This document shows positions 42,430 through 46,582 of a stretch of DNA of 46,582 bases, piece after piece; the stretch's first letter is position 1, and each line of letters starts with the position of its first letter. Location: positions 1 through 46,582 of the forward strand of contig JBBCAX010000135.1 of assembly GCA_051382335.1 (NCBI GenBank), in the 5' to 3' direction. The notes beneath the pieces were generated by a model. It saw nothing but the letters and a program-made list of their open reading frames with translations. It had not been told where the DNA came from and made no database searches. A program made the position numbers and the translations under genes. Origin of the DNA: Deltaproteobacteria bacterium TL4 (GTDB taxonomy: Bacteria; SAR324; NAC60-12).

Positions 42430-45400
42430 TTAGACTTTTTCAACAAGGATGGTACAGGTTTCTCCATTCACATCCCATTCGGTTCCATCCGCAAGCTCAA
42501 CGTGAGCGTCCAAACTGGCGGTAAGCGTCTCGACTCTAACAAATTCACTGAATAGTGTCAATGCAAGATGTAATGGCTTTGACGTTTTGTAGCGAATATT
42601 TATACGATCATCAACCTCTAATTGTTGAGTTTTTCTCATATTCTGCACTTTGTTGACAAATTCTCTCGCAAAGCCTTCCTGGATCAAGTCTTCCGTCAAA
42701 GTGGTGTCTAACGCGACAGTCAGATGATTATCGGTCTCAACCAACAGGCCTTCTTTTTGTTGCCGTTGAATCAAAACATCAGCTAAAGTCAGGGTCAGGA
42801 TTTCCCCATCTATTTGAAGCTCAATCGTTTCTCCTTGCTGTATGCGCCGAATGGTTTTCAAATCAAATTGAGTCACTTGTTGTGCCACCTGTCTCATCTT
42901 TCCACCAAGTCGGGGTCCCAGTACCTTGAAATTTGGTTTTGCGCTCAGGAGGACGAGTTCTTCTTCATTTCCTGTGATTTGGACCTCTTTAATATTCAAT
43001 TCGTCGGTAATCAAACCAGCAAGTTCTAAGAGAATATTTTGAACACTGCTATCCTTGGTGATTAAATAAACACGAGGTAACGGTTGCCGTATTTTTAATT
43101 GGTGTTTGTTTCTCAACGCCCGCCCCATATTGACAGCGGAAAGAATTAAATCCATTTCTTTTTCTAACTGAAAATCACGGAATTTTTCTTCATACTCAGG
43201 AAATGAAGCCAAATGAACACTTTCAGGAGCATCCTCCGGGCGCAAGCGTTGATAGATCGCTTCAGCAATGAAGGGAATAAAGGGCGCGATCACTTGGGAC
43301 AACCCCATCAGAACCTGATATAAGGTCGCATAAGCTTCGTTTTTATCACTTCCCTGCTCCGATTTCCAAAACCTTCTCCGACTTCTTCGAATATACCAAT
43401 TTGTGAGTAACTCAATAAATCCAACAAAGGGGGATACCGACTTATTCAACTCATAGACATCCATGTGTGTTCGGACTTCCTGAATCAATCCGTGCAGTCT
43501 GGATAAGATCCACCGATCCAGGGGGTTGTTTAGCGTAATCTCAAGATTTGTGGCTGTCGGTTCCCAGTGATCTAAAAGGGCATAGGTATTGAGAAAGGAC
43601 AAGGCGTTCCAAAGAGGCAACAGCAGGGACCGTGTGGTTTCAATCAAACCCCGCTCTGAAAATTTCAAGTCATCCGCACGAACCGCAACAGAATTTAGCA
43701 TGTATAAGCGAATCGCATCAGCGCCATACTGATCCAACATTTCATTGGGATCAGGATAGTTCTTTAAGCGTTTGCTCATCTTTTTCCCGTCTTCAGCCAA
43801 GACCAGTCCGTTGACGATGACATTATGAAAGGCGGGTTTGTTAAACAAAGCGGTACTGATGACTATCAGCGTATAAAACCATCCCCGTGTCTGATCCAAG
43901 CCCTCACAGATAAAATCCGCAGGAAAGTTTGATTCAAAGGCTTCCTTGTCACTGAAGGGATAATGTTGTTGGGCATAAGGCATGGAACCTGACTCAAACC
44001 AGCAATCCAACACTTCAGGGACGCGCCTGTAGATCTTTCCCTTCCGTTCAATGACCAAATCATCCACAAAGTGTTTATGAAGGTCCTCCAGTTTTTGTCC
44101 AACGGCTTCTTCCAGGTCGGAGACGCTTCCAAAACAAAGGATCTCTCCCTCCTCACTTTTCCAAATAGGCAGAGGCGTTCCCCAAAAACGATTGCGACTG
44201 ATGGCCCAATCTCTGGCATTTTCCAACCATTTTCCAAAGCGTCCATCGCGGATGTGTTGAGGAACCCAATGAATTTGTTGATTGTTAGCAACCATTTCGT
44301 CTTTAATCGCTTCCACATTCACAAACCATGTGGAAATGGCTTTATAAATTAAAGGCGTATCGGTTCTCCAGCAAAAAGGGTAGCTGTGTTGAATCGTTTC
44401 CTGTTTGAATAATTGGCCTTCTTCTTTGAGTCGTCTAATGATCAGTTTGTCCGCGTCTTTAATATTTTCACCAGCAATAAACCCCATATACTCTTTAAAC
44501 CGCCCCTCTGAATCAACGGGGTCAAACACAGGAATCTCCGCTTTTTGACAAATCCTTAAATCGTCTTCTCCAAAAGCAGGTGCCTGGTGAACAATCCCTG
44601 TCCCGCTTTCATCACTGACATACTCGTCCACAAGAATTTTGAAAGCCTTGGTGAGATCAACTCTGCCTTGCGCAAAATCAAACAAGGGAACATAAGTCCG
44701 GCCTCGCAAGGCCATTCCCTTGAATTCTGCTAAAAGCTCATAGTTCCCTTCTTCAAAATAATCACCAACACGACTTTTCCCCAAATAATATAAGGTTCCT
44801 TCCTGTTTATCCCGAATTTTTACATAAGCGACGTCGGGTCCGGTACACAAGGCGAGGTTAGAAGGCAAAGTCCAGGGGGTGGTGGTCCAGGCCAAAAAAT
44901 AAGCATTTTCCTCATCTTTTGCTTTAAACTTAAGCGTGACGGAAGGATCCTGGATGTCTTTATAATTGAGATTTGCTTCAAAGTTGGAGACAGGCGTCGA
45001 AACTCTCCAAGAGTAAGGCAGGACTTTAAAGCCTTCGTAAATCCAGCCTTTTTTCCATAATTGCGCAAAAACCCACCAAACCGATTCCATAAAGGAGCGA
45101 TCCATGGTTTTGTAATCATTATCAAAATCGACCCAGCGTCCCATGCGCTCCACGGTGTTACGCCATTCACTGGTATAACGTAAGACAATGCTTCTGCATT
45201 CTTCATTATATTGAGGGATTCCAAAGGCTTCAATATCAGGACGTCCTTGAAGTTCCAATTTCTGTTCGACCTCATATTCAACAGGTAAACCATGACAATC
45301 CCAACCAAATCGGCGTTCCACCCTGAACCCTCTCATCGTTTTGTATCGGGGAATGACATCCTTGATGGTTCCCGCCAATAAATGCCCATAATGCGGGAGT

Positions 45401-45552
45401 CCCGTCGCGAAGGGCGGCCCGTCATAAAAAACAAATTGTTTGGATCGCGGACGTTGATCAATGGATTTTTGAAAGGTTTGGTGCTCTTTCCAAAAACTCA
45501 AGACTTCTTTCTCCAATTCGGGAAACTGGATTTTATTGGATACCTCTTTCAT
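42430..45552 (-). CDS. ileS: Isoleucyl-tRNA synthetase (type 2)
   Basis: FYDGPPFATGLPHYGH, GWDCHGLP, WTTTPWTLPSN, DWAISRNRFWGTP, KMSKR. Confidence 0.96.
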   Translation of the reverse strand: MKEVSNKIQFPELEKEVLSFWKEHQTFQKSIDQRPRSKQFVFYDGPPFATGLPHYGHLLAGTIKDVIPRYKTMRGFRVERRFGWDCHGLPVEYEVEQKLELQGRPDIEAFGIPQYNEECRSIVLRYTSEWRNTVERMGRWVDFDNDYKTMDRSFMESVWWVFAQLWKKGWIYEGFKVLPYSWRVSTPVSNFEANLNYKDIQDPSVTLKFKAKDEENAYFLAWTTTPWTLPSNLALCTGPDVAYVKIRDKQEGTLYYLGKSRVGDYFEEGNYELLAEFKGMALRGRTYVPLFDFAQGRVDLTKAFKILVDEYVSDESGTGIVHQAPAFGEDDLRICQKAEIPVFDPVDSEGRFKEYMGFIAGENIKDADKLIIRRLKEEGQLFKQETIQHSYPFCWRTDTPLIYKAISTWFVNVEAIKDEMVANNQQIHWVPQHIRDGRFGKWLENARDWAISRNRFWGTPLPIWKSEEGEILCFGSVSDLEEAVGQKLEDLHKHFVDDLVIERKGKIYRRVPEVLDCWFESGSMPYAQQHYPFSDKEAFESNFPADFICEGLDQTRGWFYTLIVISTALFNKPAFHNVIVNGLVLAEDGKKMSKRLKNYPDPNEMLDQYGADAIRLYMLNSVAVRADDLKFSERGLIETTRSLLLPLWNALSFLNTYALLDHWEPTATNLEITLNNPLDRWILSRLHGLIQEVRTHMDVYELNKSVSPFVGFIELLTNWYIRRSRRRFWKSEQGSDKNEAYATLYQVLMGLSQVIAPFIPFIAEAIYQRLRPEDAPESVHLASFPEYEEKFRDFQLEKEMDLILSAVNMGRALRNKHQLKIRQPLPRVYLITKDSSVQNILLELAGLITDELNIKEVQITGNEEELVLLSAKPNFKVLGPRLGGKMRQVAQQVTQFDLKTIRRIQQGETIELQIDGEILTLTLADVLIQRQQKEGLLVETDNHLTVALDTTLTEDLIQEGFAREFVNKVQNMRKTQQLEVDDRINIRYKTSKPLHLALTLFSEFVRVETLTASLDAHVELADGTEWDVNGETCTILVEKV

Positions 45553-45684
45553 TCCAGGGTACTCCTTTTCTTACAAATTAGGCCTTATATTCATAAAAAC
45601 GATGGTTGAGGGGGATCTTTAAGAGCTGGAAAATATAACAGACACCAAACGGGTTTACAAGTTTTTTGGAAATGTAAAAGCGCA

Positions 45685-46582
45685 TTAAAAGGAAGCCTTC
45701 GTCACAACTTCAGCGATCCCTGCGACAGCATTGGGATATTTGAATTGAAAGCCAAGGACTTTGAGACGTTGATTGGAAAGAACGGTATCAACCTGAATGG
45801 AATCTGTAATAACGCTGCCCAAATACAAGGTTGCCATAAACACAGGAATTTTACTGATTTTGAAAGAAACCCCCAGGGCTTGGGCCGTAATTTCTACCAA
45901 CCGATCCATCTCTAAAGGACAATCATCAACCAGAAAATAGCGGGAACCGATTTCACCATGGTCACAAAGGAAAGTAATCGCACGAGCACAATCCTGGAGG
46001 TGTATCGGCGAAGCCCAACGGTTAGGCCCCCTAAGTCTCACAAAGGTTTTTCCTCGAAGTAAGGGCTTGAGCATATAACCACGAAACCAGGAACCATTCC
46101 CATAAACCCATCCTGGAAAGGCAGTCACAATGGGGAGACCTCCCGCAATATATTTCTTTTCCAAAAGTTCAATCGCCGGTGCTAAATAAGGTCCCCAGCC
46201 ATGAGGATTGGGAGAAACCTCTTCCTGACAGATTTGGGTGCCAAGATCTCCATAGTAACTGGTACCTCCTACATAGATAACTCTTCGAGTGTGTGTCGGA
46301 TCCAGGGGTGCAAGGAGATTTTTGTCCATAATGATGCGTTGATCTCTGTAATTCTCCGCTCTTTTACGGGTAACTCGCCCTTGTCCATAAGTCAGGGGCT
46401 GTGCCAGATGAATCACCCAATCCGCTTTTGCCGCCTCTTTTTGCCAGGAACCCGGGATCATTAAATCACCAATAACAGGAAACGCTCCAAGGGCTTCCAC
46501 GAGGGTCGCGCTTTTTCCGGAACGTACCAAAGCCAATACTTCATGTCCTTCTTCAACCAGACTACGAAGCACTTCTTTACCA
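45685..46582 (-). CDS. NAD-dependent epimerase/dehydratase (extended SDR), 5' end outside the window
   Basis: GHEVLALVRS..GDL..VIHLA..PGWVYG..IHLQDCARA. Confidence 0.8.
   Translation of the reverse strand, partial: GKEVLRSLVEEGHEVLALVRSGKSATLVEALGAFPVIGDLMIPGSWQKEAAKADWVIHLAQPLTYGQGRVTRKRAENYRDQRIIMDKNLLAPLDPTHTRRVIYVGGTSYYGDLGTQICQEEVSPNPHGWGPYLAPAIELLEKKYIAGGLPIVTAFPGWVYGNGSWFRGYMLKPLLRGKTFVRLRGPNRWASPIHLQDCARAITFLCDHGEIGSRYFLVDDCPLEMDRLVEITAQALGVSFKISKIPVFMATLYLGSVITDSIQVDTVLSNQRLKVLGFQFKYPNAVAGIAEVVTKASF

Overview
Bacterial chromosomal window (AT-rich; the PEGA, DUF1566, CheA-like and 7TMR-DISM gene content is reminiscent of deltaproteobacterial/SAR324-type genomes, which is inference only). 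The main result is a complete, apparently intact diversity-generating retroelement (DGR) on the minus strand at about 17.5-23.8 kb. Its order is: large Calx-beta-repeat/DUF1566 lipoprotein target (VR2), standalone MutS-domain-I-like gene, avd, structured leader plus template repeat (TR), reverse transcriptase with a C-terminal MutS-domain-I fusion, and a small secreted DUF1566 target (VR1). By hand alignment VR1 differs from the 141-nt TR at 15 positions and VR2 at 16, all at TR adenines. Around the DGR are Rpn/PD-(D/E)XK nuclease genes (intact, duplicated and decayed), a RAYT transposase remnant with GTAG-type REPs, several nested MITE families with reconstructable empty sites, and two PIN toxin-antitoxin-like pairs. 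Further right is an uncharacterised biosynthetic-like cluster (ACP, HemN-like radical SAM, chorismate lyase, adenylation enzyme, three sulfotransferase domains, Fe/2OG hydroxylase). The rest is signalling genes (7TMR-DISM sensor, cNMP-containing REC and CheA-like proteins, CheV) and housekeeping genes (hemH, ileS, FetAB-like ABC). All family assignments are from motif recognition by eye; no database searches were run.
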